From Bryobacteraceae bacterium (GTDB taxonomy: Bacteria > Acidobacteriota > Terriglobia > Bryobacterales > Bryobacteraceae), in the NCBI GenBank assembly GCA_036404435.1, contig DASWZN010000025.1:29277-93276 (forward strand): a DNA stretch of 64,000 nt. Direction: 5' to 3'. Positions within the stretch are counted from its first letter, which is position 1. The number at the start of each line of letters is the position of its first letter. Made by a program: the position numbers and the translations under genes. Positions 1 to 9,989 of this stretch are shown here, piece after piece. Under the pieces are notes generated by a model. The model had not been told where the DNA came from. It did no database searches and was given only the letters and a program-made list of their open reading frames with translations.

Positions 1-532
1 GGCTGGCGAAGGGGCACTCGGCCACGATGGCGCGGAAGGCGGGCCGCTCGGCGGCGGCCTGAAGCAGGATCGCGGCGCCCATCGATTCGCCTAGGCCGAA
101 AATCTCCCGGCAGCCGGCCCCCCGCAGCCAGTGGGCCCACGCGAGCGCGTCCCATCTCTCGAGTAGGCCGTAAGATATGGTTTCGCCGCCGCTTTCGCCG
201 TGGCCCCGGCTGTCGGGCAAAAGAATGCCGTATCCCTTCTCGAGGAACATGGGGGCCAACCCGAGGCTACCGGCACGTGTGTCGTCGATCCCGTGCAGAA
301 TCATCACGCACCCGCCGTTGCCCAGGGCGGGGCGACGGAACCAAGCGGCCAGCCGGGGGGCGCCGGCCGGCCGGATGGTCACGGTTTCCCAGCCTGCCCG
401 AGCCGCCACCGGCTGCCGGAGAGGGCGCAGTGCGTTCTCCGACAGCAGTGGCCCGCCGATCCCGGCCAGCACACCGGCGCCAGCCAGGCTGCCCGCGCCA
501 ATCCAAATCAGCGCCCGCTTGAAGGAGCCCAC
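1..532 (-). CDS. alpha/beta-fold serine hydrolase, C-terminus cut by window edge
   Basis: Own translation of the minus strand from GTG at 532-530: (M)GSFKRALIWIGAGSLAGAGVLAG... (hydrophobic N-terminus), ...LPDSRGHGESGG..., nucleophile elbow GLGESMGAA (G-x-S-x-G). It is absent from the ORF track because it runs off the window. Confidence 0.7.
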   Translation of the reverse strand, partial: MGSFKRALIWIGAGSLAGAGVLAGIGGPLLSENALRPLRQPVAARAGWETVTIRPAGAPRLAAWFRRPALGNGGCVMILHGIDDTRAGSLGLAPMFLEKGYGILLPDSRGHGESGGETISYGLLERWDALAWAHWLRGAGCREIFGLGESMGAAILLQAAAERPAFRAIVAECPFAS

Positions 533-765
533 ACTCTCCTTTACGGACCCTTTCAATCGTAGGTTTCCAGGTGTACTCTGTCTACGTGCCATCCGAAGAC
601 GAGGGCCTGGTGGTCTGGCTGTCGGTCTGCGGGTCCCTTTCCGCGCCCCCGGCGGAGAATTCAGCAGCTTCTGTGGATGCCCGGCATCCAATAGCCAGCC
701 TCGGAGGTCAGGGGCTATCCCCGGCCGCCGCGACATGACATAATGGGCCAGCAGAGGGGAACCCA

Positions 766-1980
766 ATGCAACACCTCGGATGCTTCCTCACCTTAACGGG
801 GCTGATTCTCGGCTCTGTTCTCCCGCAGCAAGTGGCCTTAGCGCAGGGCCGTGTCGGCGGCTTAAACAGTCCACCTGGCGCGAGCAGCCTGACGCAGCCG
901 GGCAGCGGCGGCGGCGAGACGGTCGAGCGGGGCTGGTACCTGAGCGGGAAGGTGCTGATGGACGACGGGAGCGCCCCGCCGGAGAATGTCACGATTCTGC
1001 GGGTTTGCGGTGGCAACGGCAAGCCAGCGGCCTACACGGACTCGAAAGGGCGCTTCACCTTCCAGGTGGGCCAGAGCTCGGACGTGCTGCCGGATGCGAG
1101 CGTGGACTCCGGCGAAGAAGGCCGCGTGGCCCTCATGACTCCCCTCGGGACTTCGACCCATGAAGGCCGGTTGTTTGGCTCCTCCGGCAGCCGCCAGCTC
1201 GCTGGCTGCGAGTTGGTGGCGGCCCTGCCCGGCTACAGCTCCGACAAGGTGGAACTCGGCCAGCGGAAGTACATGGACAACCCGGACGTGGGCAGCATCG
1301 TTTTGCACCGGCTTGGCAACGTGGAAGGCACGGCCATCAGCGCGACCAGCTACGACGCTCCGCATGAGGCCAGGAAGATGTTCGACAAGGGCCTCGATGC
1401 GGAGAGGAAGCAGAAATGGCCGGACGCGCAGGCGCAGTTCGAGAAAGCGGTCGCAATGTATCCGAAGTACGCAGCGGCCTGGTTCGAGCTGGGCAGCGCG
1501 TTCCAGCGCCAGGGTAACCGGCCCAAGGCTCGTGATGCGTTCCGGAAGTCCTCGCAGGCGGACCACAAGTTCCTGAATCCGTATCTTCCGCTTTCCATGA
1601 TGGCGTTCGAAGAGAAGAACTGGGCGGAGACCGTGGACCTTACCACAACCCTTACGCGGCTAGATCCGGTCGATTATCCGCTGGCCTATCTCTTAAATGC
1701 CATCGCCAACGCGAGCCTGGGGAGGCCCGACTTGGCGGAGAATAGCGCGCGGGAAGCCGTCAGGGTGGATACCAACCACCAGGTCCCGCGGGCGGAATAC
1801 GTGCTGGGCCTCATCCTCGTGGACAAGCACGACTATGACGGCGCCTTGACCCTGCTGAAAAGCTACATCCAGCGCGCCCCAAACGCCCCGGACACCGAGA
1901 ACATAAGGAACCAGATCAGCCAGATTGAGAACCTCGCTCGAGCCCAGCCGCAGCCGCAGTCGGTGGCGGCGCAGCATTAA
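766..1980 (+). CDS. secreted TPR-repeat protein with N-terminal carboxypeptidase-regulatory-like beta domain
   Basis: 404-aa ORF with a signal-like N-terminus (LTLTGLILGSVLPQQVALAQG). The C-terminal half has TPR-like helical repeats (AQAQFEKAVAMYPKYAAAWFELGSAFQRQGN...). Coding-like composition. Confidence 0.6.
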   Translation: MQHLGCFLTLTGLILGSVLPQQVALAQGRVGGLNSPPGASSLTQPGSGGGETVERGWYLSGKVLMDDGSAPPENVTILRVCGGNGKPAAYTDSKGRFTFQVGQSSDVLPDASVDSGEEGRVALMTPLGTSTHEGRLFGSSGSRQLAGCELVAALPGYSSDKVELGQRKYMDNPDVGSIVLHRLGNVEGTAISATSYDAPHEARKMFDKGLDAERKQKWPDAQAQFEKAVAMYPKYAAAWFELGSAFQRQGNRPKARDAFRKSSQADHKFLNPYLPLSMMAFEEKNWAETVDLTTTLTRLDPVDYPLAYLLNAIANASLGRPDLAENSAREAVRVDTNHQVPRAEYVLGLILVDKHDYDGALTLLKSYIQRAPNAPDTENIRNQISQIENLARAQPQPQSVAAQH

Positions 1981-1981
1981 C

Positions 1982-2458
1982 ATGGATTCCGCGCGGGCCA
2001 TGCTGGGCCATACCCTCGCCACACTCGCCTATCGGGGCGCCAAGGCCGTGCGCGGCGCCCCGGACGGTTTTGCGGAGTTTCGCGTCGGAGACCGGAGCCG
2101 CACGCCGGGGCAGATCCTGGCTCACGTGAGCGACCTTCTCGATTGGGGCCTTGCGCTGGCCAAAGGCGAGAGCAAGTGGCACGACTCGGAGCCCCTCGAC
2201 TGGAACCAGGGCACAGTGCGGTTCTTCGCAGCGCTGGAGGCTCTCGGCGCCTACCTGGGGTCGGACCTTCCGCTCGAATGTTCTCCCGAAAGGCTGTTCC
2301 AGGGCCCGATCGCCGACGCGCTGACGCACATCGGACAGATTTCGATGTTGCGCCGCCTGGCCGGCGCCCCCGTCCTCGCCGAGAACTACTTCCTCGCCGG
2401 CATCGCCGTCGACCGGCTGGGATCCGATCAGCCCGCTGCGGTCAAAGAGTTCGACTGA
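1982..2458 (+). CDS. DinB-superfamily-like hypothetical protein
   Basis: ATG at 1982 lies just after the upstream stop; the track's 1925 start overlaps the previous gene. The sequence is helical-bundle-like with conserved His (GQILAHVSDLLDW...ALTHIGQISMLRRLAG). The family assignment is tentative. Confidence 0.4.
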   Translation: MDSARAMLGHTLATLAYRGAKAVRGAPDGFAEFRVGDRSRTPGQILAHVSDLLDWGLALAKGESKWHDSEPLDWNQGTVRFFAALEALGAYLGSDLPLECSPERLFQGPIADALTHIGQISMLRRLAGAPVLAENYFLAGIAVDRLGSDQPAAVKEFD

Positions 2459-2495
2459 GCGCGGCCCCGCCCAGGTCGCTACAATAGATTTCGCT

Positions 2496-3614
2496 TTGCT
2501 CACCAGACGGAGTTTTCTCGTTGCCCCCGTGGCGGCCGTGGTTGCCTGCGGCCGGCGCAAAGGTTCCGGCTACGAGGGATACGCCTTCGTCTCCAACCAG
2601 GAAGGACAAGCTGTCGCGGCCGTCGATCTGATGACGTTTACCGTGGCGCGCTACATCCACCTGGAGAGCGCGCCTACCGCGGTCGTGGCGCCGGCGGCTC
2701 GCGCCTCCGTCTACGCGCTGACGCCCGCCACCGGCTATGTTCATGAGATCGACGCCGCCAAGCTGACCCTCCGGCGAAGGGTCCAGGTGGGCCGCACGGC
2801 GGATGCCGTGGGGGTTGCGCCCGGGGATCGTCCGGCCCTTTGGGTGCTGTGCCGCCAGCCCCGCCAGTTGGTGCGGATCGGGTTCGATGCATTCAAGGCC
2901 GACGCGGTCATCCCGCTGCCGTTCGAGCCTTATGATTTCGACTTTGCGCCGGACGGCGAGACGGCAGTTGTCAGTTTCGGCGAGAGCGGACAATTCGGCA
3001 TCGTCGATCTCGCAAAGCGGAAGTGCCGCGTGTACGACTTGGGCCGGAAACTGTCGCTGGCGCGATTCCGCTCGGACGGGCGTCAACTGTTGATCGCGGG
3101 CGCCGAGGAGCCGGTGCTGTCTATCGTGGACTTCAAGACCGGCCGGCTGGTGGTCCATTTGCCGCTGGCGGTCCGCGCCCAGAACTTCTGCTTCAAGTCA
3201 GACGGCGGCCAACTATTCATCACGGGCGACGGGCTGGATGCCGTAGCCGTCGTCTACCCGTACACAACCGAGGTGGCCCAGACGGCGCTGGCGGGGCGCT
3301 CTCCGGGTTTCATGGCGGAGTGCTTGGCGGAAGGAGTGGACTACCTCTTTGTCGCGAACGCCGATGCAAGCGAGGTGACCATTCTGGACGTGGATACCCT
3401 CAAGGTGGTGGCCGTGGTGGCGGTGGGACGCAGCCCTGTTTTCATCGTGCAGACGCCGGACCGCCAATATGCGCTGGTTCTGAACCGCGATTCCGGCGAT
3501 ATGGCGGTGGTGCGTCTGGCCGCAATCGGAGGCAAGCGCAGCCGCTCGGCGCCGTTGTTTACGATGATTCCCGTGGGGTCGAAGCCGGTGTGCGCCGCCG
3601 TGCGGCACGTCTGA
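2496..3614 (+). CDS. beta-propeller repeat lipoprotein (YVTN/YncE-like)
   Basis: 372-aa ORF with a TTG start and a lipobox-like N-terminus (FLVAPVAAVVACG). It contains repeated roughly 40-aa strand-rich units (..VAAVDL.., ..VHEIDA.., ..FGIVDL.., ..LSIVDF.., ..VTILDV..). Confidence 0.5.
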   Translation: MLTRRSFLVAPVAAVVACGRRKGSGYEGYAFVSNQEGQAVAAVDLMTFTVARYIHLESAPTAVVAPAARASVYALTPATGYVHEIDAAKLTLRRRVQVGRTADAVGVAPGDRPALWVLCRQPRQLVRIGFDAFKADAVIPLPFEPYDFDFAPDGETAVVSFGESGQFGIVDLAKRKCRVYDLGRKLSLARFRSDGRQLLIAGAEEPVLSIVDFKTGRLVVHLPLAVRAQNFCFKSDGGQLFITGDGLDAVAVVYPYTTEVAQTALAGRSPGFMAECLAEGVDYLFVANADASEVTILDVDTLKVVAVVAVGRSPVFIVQTPDRQYALVLNRDSGDMAVVRLAAIGGKRSRSAPLFTMIPVGSKPVCAAVRHV

Positions 3615-3617
3615 AGG

Positions 3618-3694
3618 TGGTAGGGACGGGCAGATTCGAACTGCCGACCTGCCGCTTAGGAGGCGGCCGCTCTATCCATCTGAGCTACGTCCCC
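3618..3694 (-). tRNA. tRNA-Arg (anticodon CCT)
   Basis: The reverse complement reads GGGGACGTAGCTCAGATGGATAGAGCGGCCGCCTCCTAAGCGGCAGGTCGGCAGTTCGAATCTGCCCGTCCCTACCA. This gives a cloverleaf with anticodon stem GCCGC/GCGGC, loop CT-CCT-AA, a GTTCGAATC T-loop and an encoded CCA. Confidence 0.9.
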
Positions 3695-3707
3695 GGAAAG
3701 TACTATT

Positions 3708-4979
3708 TTAGCCCCACCGCTTGAGGCCCTTGCGGCCGATGTCGTGGCGATAGTGCATACCTTCGAAATGGATCTTGCCCACGGCCAGGTAGGCGTTCTC
3801 GATGGCGCCCGCCAGGCCGGAGCCGGATGCGGTGACGCCGAGCACCCTGCCGCCAGAAGTCTCGATCGCGCCCGCGGCCGCTTTCGTCCCGGCCTGGAAG
3901 ACGGTGGCCCCGAGCGCCTCGGCTTCCTCGATGCCGCAGATCGCGTCCCCGGTCCGCGGCGTTCCGGGATATCCGGCAGAGGCCAGAACCACGCAGACCG
4001 ACGGATCGGCGCGCCACGCCAGGGCGGCTCCGGAGAGGTCGCCGTGCGCCGCCGCCCACAGCGCCTGGGCGAAATCCGAGTCGAGGCCGTGCATCAGAGC
4101 CTGGGTCTCGGGATCGCCCAACCGCACATTGTATTCCAGCACTTTGGGGCCGTGGTCGGTCATCATCAGGCCGGCGTAGAGGAAGCCGGTGAACGGGGAG
4201 CCTTCGGCGCTCATGTGCTCGATGGTAGGAGCGATGATGCGGTCCAGGATTTCACTGCGCTGGGCGGCCGTAAGGATCCTGGAATCGCAGTACGCGCCCA
4301 TGCCGCCCGTGTTCGGGCCCGTGTCGCCGTCGTGGACCGCCTTGTGATCCTGGGTTGGCTCGAGCGGAAGAACGCGGCGGCCGTCGCTCAAGACGATGAA
4401 GCTGACCTCCTCTCCGGTCAGGTATTCCTCGACCACCAGGCGCGCGCCGGCCTTCCCCACAAGCTCCCCGGAAAGCAGGCCGCGGATGGCCAACTCGGCC
4501 TCCGCGCGGGTGCTGGCGATGATGACGCCTTTGCCCCCGGCAAGGCCGTCGGCCTTGAGCACCACGGGGCAGCCGAAGCGGTCGAGCGCAGCGAGCGCTT
4601 CCTGCTCGCTTTCGGCCCGCACGAAACCGCCCGTGGGGATGCCCGCCCGGATCATGAATTCCTTCGAGAAGATCTTGCTGCCCTCGAGACGCGCCGCCTG
4701 GCTGGTGGGACCCACAATCGGTCGGCCCGCGGCGCGAAAAGCATCGACGACGCCCGCGACCAGCGGCGCTTCCGGTCCGACCACCGTCAGATCGGCCTCG
4801 ACGGATTCCGCCGCTCGCAGCCACCCTGCCGGGTTGGCCGGCGCCGGAATGCACCGGGTAACGCGCGCAATACCGGGGTTCCCCGGCGTCGCATAGAGCG
4901 CCGTCACCGACGGACTCTGGGCCAGGTGCCGCGCGATCGCGTGCTCACGGCCGCCACCACCAATGATTAGTACTTTCAC
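3708..4979 (-). CDS. purD: phosphoribosylamine--glycine ligase
   Basis: 423 aa starting MKVLIIGGGGREHAIARHL, with an ATP-grasp core and full-length PurD-like organisation. Confidence 0.92.
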   Translation of the reverse strand: MKVLIIGGGGREHAIARHLAQSPSVTALYATPGNPGIARVTRCIPAPANPAGWLRAAESVEADLTVVGPEAPLVAGVVDAFRAAGRPIVGPTSQAARLEGSKIFSKEFMIRAGIPTGGFVRAESEQEALAALDRFGCPVVLKADGLAGGKGVIIASTRAEAELAIRGLLSGELVGKAGARLVVEEYLTGEEVSFIVLSDGRRVLPLEPTQDHKAVHDGDTGPNTGGMGAYCDSRILTAAQRSEILDRIIAPTIEHMSAEGSPFTGFLYAGLMMTDHGPKVLEYNVRLGDPETQALMHGLDSDFAQALWAAAHGDLSGAALAWRADPSVCVVLASAGYPGTPRTGDAICGIEEAEALGATVFQAGTKAAAGAIETSGGRVLGVTASGSGLAGAIENAYLAVGKIHFEGMHYRHDIGRKGLKRWG

Positions 4980-5054
4980 TCTGGCTCTCCAAGAATTCCC
5001 GGCGCGCCCGCCGCGCCCCGCACTTCCCTAGAATAAAAGAAAAGCCGGGCCGAG

Positions 5055-6935
5055 ATGCAAGCGACGGGCCGTTCGAACAGTTACGACGTGGTCGTGGTGG
5101 GCGCCGGACACGCCGGGTGCGAGGCGGCGCGGGCGTGCGCGCGCATGGGCCTCAAAGCGGCCATGGTCACCATGAATCTGGACTTGATCGCCCAAATGTC
5201 CTGTAATCCGGCCGTCGGGGGGATCGCAAAAGGCCACCTGGTCAGAGAGATCGACGCCCTGGGCGGCGTGATGGGCGAGGTGACTGACGCGGTGGGCATC
5301 CAGTTCCGGCTCTTGAACACGAGCCGCGGGCCAGCCGTCTGGTCGCCGCGCGCCCAGTGCGACAAGAAGCTGTATCGCATCCACATGCGGGAGTTCCTGG
5401 AGCGCGAGCCTAACCTGAGGATTCTGCAGGCCGAGGTCGCAGAACTGGTGATCGAGGGAGGCGAAGGCGAAAGGCGGGTGAGCGGCGTTCGGCTCCGGGA
5501 CGGCAGAGTGCTTTCGAGCGGAGCCGTCGTCCTGGCCACGGGCACGTTCTTGAACGGTCTCGCCCACGTCGGCGAGATGATGTATCGCTGCGGCCGCAAC
5601 GGCGAGGCGGCCTCGAACCTGCTCGGCGACCAGCTTCGGACACTCGGGCTGAAATGGACCCGCCTGAAAACCGGCACGCCGCCGCGTCTCGATGGCCGCA
5701 CCATCGACTGGTCCGGCTTCGAGGTGCAGCGAGGCGACCCCGAGCCGACGCCCTTTTCGTTCCTGACACTGAAGATCGACCGTCCCCAGATCGAGTGTCA
5801 CATCGCATACACCACCGAGAAGACCCACCAGATCCTGCGCGACGCGATCCCACGCTCGCCTCTCTACAGCGGGCAGATCGAGGGCATCGGACCGCGGTAT
5901 TGCCCCTCCATCGAGGATAAGGTGGTCAAATTCCCGGACAAGATCCGGCACCAGATCTTTCTCGAACCGGAGGGCCTCGACACGTACGAGGTCTACGTCA
6001 ACGGGATGTCCACGAGCATGCCAATCGATGTGCAGGCCGCCATGGTGGCCTCGGTCCCCGGCCTGGAACAAGCCGAGATGATCCGACCGGGCTATGCCAT
6101 CGAATACGACGCAGTTGACCCCAGAGAGGTAAGACACTCTCTGGAGGTCAAGGCGATCCAAGGCCTGTTCCTGGCGGGCCAGATCAATGGCACCTCGGGA
6201 TATGAGGAGGCGGCGGCTCAAGGCCTTCTGGCCGGCATCAACGCGGCGTGCCTGGTTGGCGGCCGCCCGCCGGTCGTCTTCGTGCGCTCGGACGGTTATG
6301 TCGGGATTCTCGTTGACGACCTCGTGACGAAGGGGGCGGACGAGCCCTATCGCATGTTCACCTCGCGCGCGGAGTTCCGTCTGCACCTGCGCATCGACAA
6401 CGCCGACGAACGGCTCACGCCTCAGGGTCGCCGCGTGGGACTGGTAACGGAGGAGCGCTGGACGCTGTTCTCGAAGAAGCAGGCTCAGAAGGAGCGGCTG
6501 CGATCTCTGCTCAGTAGCACCAGAGTCGAACCCGAAGGCCTTGGTCTGGCGCCTGGCGAGCGGCCGCTGCTCGCCGAATGGCTGCGTAGACCGGAGGCGA
6601 ACGTCGAGAGGGTGCGTTGCTTGTTGGCCGCGGCGCTCGGGGAGGAGCCGATGCGCGAGGTTCTGAGCACCGTCGAGACAGAGGTGAAATACGCAGGCTA
6701 TATCGCCCAGCAGGATCGCCAGATTGCGCGCCTGCGGCAGGCTGAGGGCCGGAGGATTCCGGCGCAGTTCGGGTTCCGGGGTGTGCCTGGGCTGTCGCGC
6801 GAGATCTCCGAGAAGCTGGAGAGGGTGCGGCCGGAGACGCTGGGACAGGCCTCGCGCATACCGGGTGTGACGCCGGCCGCAGTCGCCGTCCTTGATGTCT
6901 ATCTGACCGTTGCCGCCGGTCGCCCCTCAGCATGA
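5055..6935 (+). CDS. mnmG: tRNA uridine-5-carboxymethylaminomethyl(34) synthesis enzyme MnmG (GidA)
   Basis: 626 aa with an FAD-binding N-terminus ([16 protein letters not shown]), [23 protein letters not shown] and [16 protein letters not shown] motifs. Confidence 0.95.
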   Translation: MQATGRSNSYDVVVVGAGHAGCEAARACARMGLKAAMVTMNLDLIAQMSCNPAVGGIAKGHLVREIDALGGVMGEVTDAVGIQFRLLNTSRGPAVWSPRAQCDKKLYRIHMREFLEREPNLRILQAEVAELVIEGGEGERRVSGVRLRDGRVLSSGAVVLATGTFLNGLAHVGEMMYRCGRNGEAASNLLGDQLRTLGLKWTRLKTGTPPRLDGRTIDWSGFEVQRGDPEPTPFSFLTLKIDRPQIECHIAYTTEKTHQILRDAIPRSPLYSGQIEGIGPRYCPSIEDKVVKFPDKIRHQIFLEPEGLDTYEVYVNGMSTSMPIDVQAAMVASVPGLEQAEMIRPGYAIEYDAVDPREVRHSLEVKAIQGLFLAGQINGTSGYEEAAAQGLLAGINAACLVGGRPPVVFVRSDGYVGILVDDLVTKGADEPYRMFTSRAEFRLHLRIDNADERLTPQGRRVGLVTEERWTLFSKKQAQKERLRSLLSSTRVEPEGLGLAPGERPLLAEWLRRPEANVERVRCLLAAALGEEPMREVLSTVETEVKYAGYIAQQDRQIARLRQAEGRRIPAQFGFRGVPGLSREISEKLERVRPETLGQASRIPGVTPAAVAVLDVYLTVAAGRPSA

Positions 6936-7606
6936 ACGAGACTGCCGAGTTCGCTGCGATTCTGGCGCGCAGTTTCTCTCCTTTCCGCCGGCTCTCGCCC
7001 GACCTGCTCTCCGAGCTTCTTCGCCACTACGAGCTCCTTCTCCGCTGGAACAAGCACCTCAACCTGACCTCCATTGCCGGGCTTGAAGAGACCGTGCTAC
7101 GTCACTACTGCGAGTCGCTTTTTGTGGGCATCCAGCTCCCTGAAGCGCGCGTATCGGTGCTGGATGTCGGCTCGGGTGCCGGATTCCCGGGTATTCCGAT
7201 GGCAGTCCTGCGCCCCGATTGCAGGTTCACGCTGGCGGAGTCGCACCAGAGGAAGGCCGTCTTTCTCCGTGAGGCCACGCGTCACTTTTCCAACGTTCGC
7301 ATCGCGGGGTGCCGGGCCGTCGATGTGGAGGGCGCCTTCGATTGGGTGGTCTCAAGGGCGGTGAAGTGGCCCGCTGTGCTGAAGACAGCCCTCCGCCTCT
7401 GTCGACGCGAGGGGGTCGGCCTTGACTCCGCCGACTTGAGAGACCGCTCGCTGACGGGGCACGCCGGTCTTTCGCTTGGGTTGCTGCTGGGACTGGACGA
7501 TGCGGCCGACGTTGTGCGGCAGCCATTGTTCGATTGGCGCCAACCGATTCCGCTCCCCTCGGGGCATAGGCGGGTGCTGTTACTGGGACAGGCGCGCCCG
7601 GCATGA
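6932..7606 (+). CDS. rsmG: 16S rRNA (guanine527-N7)-methyltransferase RsmG (GidB)
   Basis: Its ATG overlaps the mnmG stop (ATGA). [13 protein letters not shown] and SAM motif [16 protein letters not shown] are present, in the conserved mnmG-rsmG-parAB context. Confidence 0.88.
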   Translation: MNETAEFAAILARSFSPFRRLSPDLLSELLRHYELLLRWNKHLNLTSIAGLEETVLRHYCESLFVGIQLPEARVSVLDVGSGAGFPGIPMAVLRPDCRFTLAESHQRKAVFLREATRHFSNVRIAGCRAVDVEGAFDWVVSRAVKWPAVLKTALRLCRREGVGLDSADLRDRSLTGHAGLSLGLLLGLDDAADVVRQPLFDWRQPIPLPSGHRRVLLLGQARPA

Positions 7607-7609
7607 AGC

Positions 7610-7623
7610 GTTCCACGTGGAAC
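7610..7623. promoter_or_regulatory. parS: parS centromere-like site 1 (GTTCCACGTGGAAC)
   Basis: A perfect 14-bp palindrome matching the core of the ParB/Spo0J parS consensus (tGTTNCACGTGAAACa), in the rsmG-parA gap. Confidence 0.8.
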
Positions 7624-7682
7624 CCGGTGGTCGGAGCGCCGTCAAGTCACTCACCGAGGTAACCGAAACCGGGTGGCAAGAC

Positions 7683-7696
7683 GTTCCACGTGGAAC
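7683..7696. promoter_or_regulatory. parS: parS centromere-like site 2 (GTTCCACGTGGAAC)
   Basis: An identical second copy 73 bp downstream of site 1, 10 bp upstream of the ATG at 7706. Confidence 0.8.
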
Positions 7697-7705
7697 CGTG
7701 ATAGC

Positions 7706-8533
7706 ATGTTGGTCTCTCCACGCAAGGAGCCTCGAACCTTGGGAAGAGTCATCGCCATCGCTAACCAAAAGGGCGGAGTGGGGAAAACCACCACCGCCAT
7801 CAATCTCGGCGCCTCTTTGGCCGCCAACGACCTCCACGTCCTGGTCATCGATGCAGATCCTCAGGGCAACTCCACAACCGGCCTCGGAGTCGCCAAGAAC
7901 ACCGGCGCTCCGACCATCTATGATGCCCTGCTCGGGCACGCGGACCTTGCCACCACTCTCCAGGCCACCGGCTTCGAGGGCCTCGACATTGTCCCTGCCG
8001 ACAAGAACCTGGTGGGCGCCAATATCGAGCTCGTAGACCTCGACGGCCGCGAATTCCGTCTTCGCGAGAGCCTCCGTTCGGTCAGGGACTCCTATCACTT
8101 CGTCCTGATAGACTGCCCGCCCGCTCTCGACCTCCTCACCGTCAATGCGCTGGCCGCGGCCGATTCCGTTCTCATTCCCATCCAGTGCGAATTCTTCGCA
8201 CTCGAGGGCGTTTCCGAGCTCATGGATACCATCGACCGTCTTCGTGACTCCCTCCAGCACCCGCTCAAGATCGAGGGCATTCTCCTCACCATGTTCGACG
8301 AGCGCACCAATCTGGCGCGCCAGGTCGCCGACGATCTTCGGGAGTTCTTCGGCAAGGAGGTATTTCGCACCGTCATCCCGCGCAGCATCCGCCTCGCGGA
8401 AGCGCCCAGCTACGGCAAGCCGATCCTGCTCTACGACGTCCGCTCGCGAGGAGCGGAGAGCTACATCAAGCTCGCGAAGGAGATCCTGGAGAATGAGCAA
8501 GGCCACAGACAATCCACGCAAGGCACTCGGTAG
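7706..8533 (+). CDS. parA: chromosome partitioning ATPase ParA/Soj
   Basis: Deviant Walker A (IAIANQKGGVGKTTT) is present and the ORF looks like a full-length Soj protein. I prefer the ATG at 7706 (MLVSPRKEPRTLGRVIAI...) to the track's GTG at 7673, which would bury parS site 2 in coding sequence. Confidence 0.9.
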   Translation: MLVSPRKEPRTLGRVIAIANQKGGVGKTTTAINLGASLAANDLHVLVIDADPQGNSTTGLGVAKNTGAPTIYDALLGHADLATTLQATGFEGLDIVPADKNLVGANIELVDLDGREFRLRESLRSVRDSYHFVLIDCPPALDLLTVNALAAADSVLIPIQCEFFALEGVSELMDTIDRLRDSLQHPLKIEGILLTMFDERTNLARQVADDLREFFGKEVFRTVIPRSIRLAEAPSYGKPILLYDVRSRGAESYIKLAKEILENEQGHRQSTQGTR

Positions 8534-9404
8534 GGGCCTCACTTCGCTCCTGGCGAGCCGCGCCTCGTCGAACCCGGAGGCTCCGTCTCCGCCTTCCCCG
8601 CCCCCCGCGCCTCACCCCGAAACCATGACGCGGATCGCCGTCGACCTGATCGACCCCAACCCGCTCCAGCCTCGAACCGTGTTCCAGCCGGAGCGCCTCC
8701 AGGAACTTGCCGATTCGATTCGCGCAAACGGCATTATTCAGCCCCTCGTGGTGCGTCCGAGGGACGGTCGGTACCAGCTTGTGGCGGGTGAGCGCCGGTG
8801 GCGGGCCGCTCGGCTCGCCGGCATCGCCGATGTACCCGTCTTCGTTCAAGAAGTCTCCGACGACCGGCTCCTCGAAATCACCCTCGTCGAGAACATTCAG
8901 CGCGAGGATCTCAACCCGATCGAGGTCGCGCATGCCTTCGACCGTCTGGCCCGCGACCTTCAACTCAGCCACGACGAAATCGCCCGTCGCACAGGAAAGG
9001 ACCGCAGCTCCATCACCAACACGCTCCGCCTGCTTAAGCTTCCGGCCGATATCCAAATGCTTGTCGCCGAGCACCGTCTTTCCATGGGCCACGCCCGAGC
9101 CATCCTCGGCCTTCCCACGGAGGAACTCCAGCGCCAGGTCGCCGAGAAAGCCAGCTCTCAGGGCCTTTCCGTCCGTCAGGTCGAGCGGCTCGTACAGAAG
9201 ATCACGAGCGGCAGGGACCCAAAGACCGTCGAGGAAGCGCTAGACCCGAACGTCAAGGCGGCCATCCAGGAACTGGAGCGCGTCCTGGGAACCCGCGTCA
9301 AGATCACTGGCAAGCCAGATGAGCGCGGCCACATTGAGATTACCTACTACTCCCCGGAAGACCTCCAGCGCATCTACGCGCTTATCGTCGGAGAGGAGCG
9401 CTGA
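8493..9404 (+). CDS. parB: chromosome partitioning protein ParB/Spo0J
   Basis: In-frame ATG at 8493 (MSKATDNPRKALGRGLTSLL). The ParB box (LQPLVVRP...YQLVAGERRWRAARLAG) and HTH (SHDEIARRTGKDRSSITNTLRLLKLP) are present. The upstream part of track ORF 8145-9404 is off-frame overlap with parA. Confidence 0.9.
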   Translation: MSKATDNPRKALGRGLTSLLASRASSNPEAPSPPSPPPAPHPETMTRIAVDLIDPNPLQPRTVFQPERLQELADSIRANGIIQPLVVRPRDGRYQLVAGERRWRAARLAGIADVPVFVQEVSDDRLLEITLVENIQREDLNPIEVAHAFDRLARDLQLSHDEIARRTGKDRSSITNTLRLLKLPADIQMLVAEHRLSMGHARAILGLPTEELQRQVAEKASSQGLSVRQVERLVQKITSGRDPKTVEEALDPNVKAAIQELERVLGTRVKITGKPDERGHIEITYYSPEDLQRIYALIVGEER

Positions 9405-9408
9405 GGCA

Positions 9409-9485
9409 TGGTGCCGGCGGCTGGACTCGAACCAGCGACCTTGGGATTATGAGACCCACGCTCTAACCACCTGAGCTACACCGGC
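9409..9485 (-). tRNA. tRNA with CAT anticodon (elongator Met, or Ile2 if lysidine-modified)
   Basis: The reverse complement reads GCCGGTGTAGCTCAGGTGGTTAGAGCGTGGGTCTCATAATCCCAAGGTCGCTGGTTCGAGTCCAGCCGCCGGCACCA. The acceptor stem is 7 bp with a G1-C72 pair, so it is not an initiator. Loop CT-CAT-AA, encoded CCA. Confidence 0.85.
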
Positions 9486-9960
9486 GTCGCAGGGATTCTA
9501 TCCCAGCGTACTTTACCGCTACCCTGCTTTGTCAACGCGAGGTTGGCCCAGCTATCATTACTGTTAGTTAATGTTGCAGCCTTGACACTGCCCCTCTTTC
9601 GGTGCATATTTGACCTGGAAGCTGCGGTTCAAAGCAAAATGGGCTTCTGGCTCCCGGCTGCGGGAGCCTTGAGATCTGCTGAATGCCAGCAGGTCAGAGT
9701 CGATAGGAGGAAGTCTATATAGAACGTCCACATGATGGGCGGCTACCTGCTTCCTCCGCTGACTGGCTGTCGCCTTAGGCGTGTGCTGGGCCCTTAACCG
9801 GCCAGCGCGCCGCGGTACTTTGCACCGCTAACAAGGCGCACGGCAGCCAGAGTCACGGATGCCCGGTGCGGGCGCCTGCGGGTGACCGTCCGGACAGGGA
9901 CCGTGCCAGTGGGGAGCAGGCGGCCGCCCCTTCCAATCTGTCCCCGCCTTCGCGCGTCGT

Positions 9961-9989
9961 TTGACACGTCCTCCCTGCTCGGCTAGATT
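9961..9989 (+). promoter_or_regulatory. sigma-70-like promoter of the glycan cluster (TTGACA-N17-TAGATT)
   Basis: TTGACA at 9961-9966, an exact 17-nt spacer, and TAGATT at 9984-9989, about 40 nt upstream of the GTG of the first cluster gene (10028). Confidence 0.55.

Noticed and set aside
3744-6386. Long ORFs 3744-4970 (+, 408 aa) and 5028-6386 (-, 452 aa)
   Set aside because: They are antisense to purD and mnmG respectively. They have low-complexity R/G/A/P composition and no start-site context.
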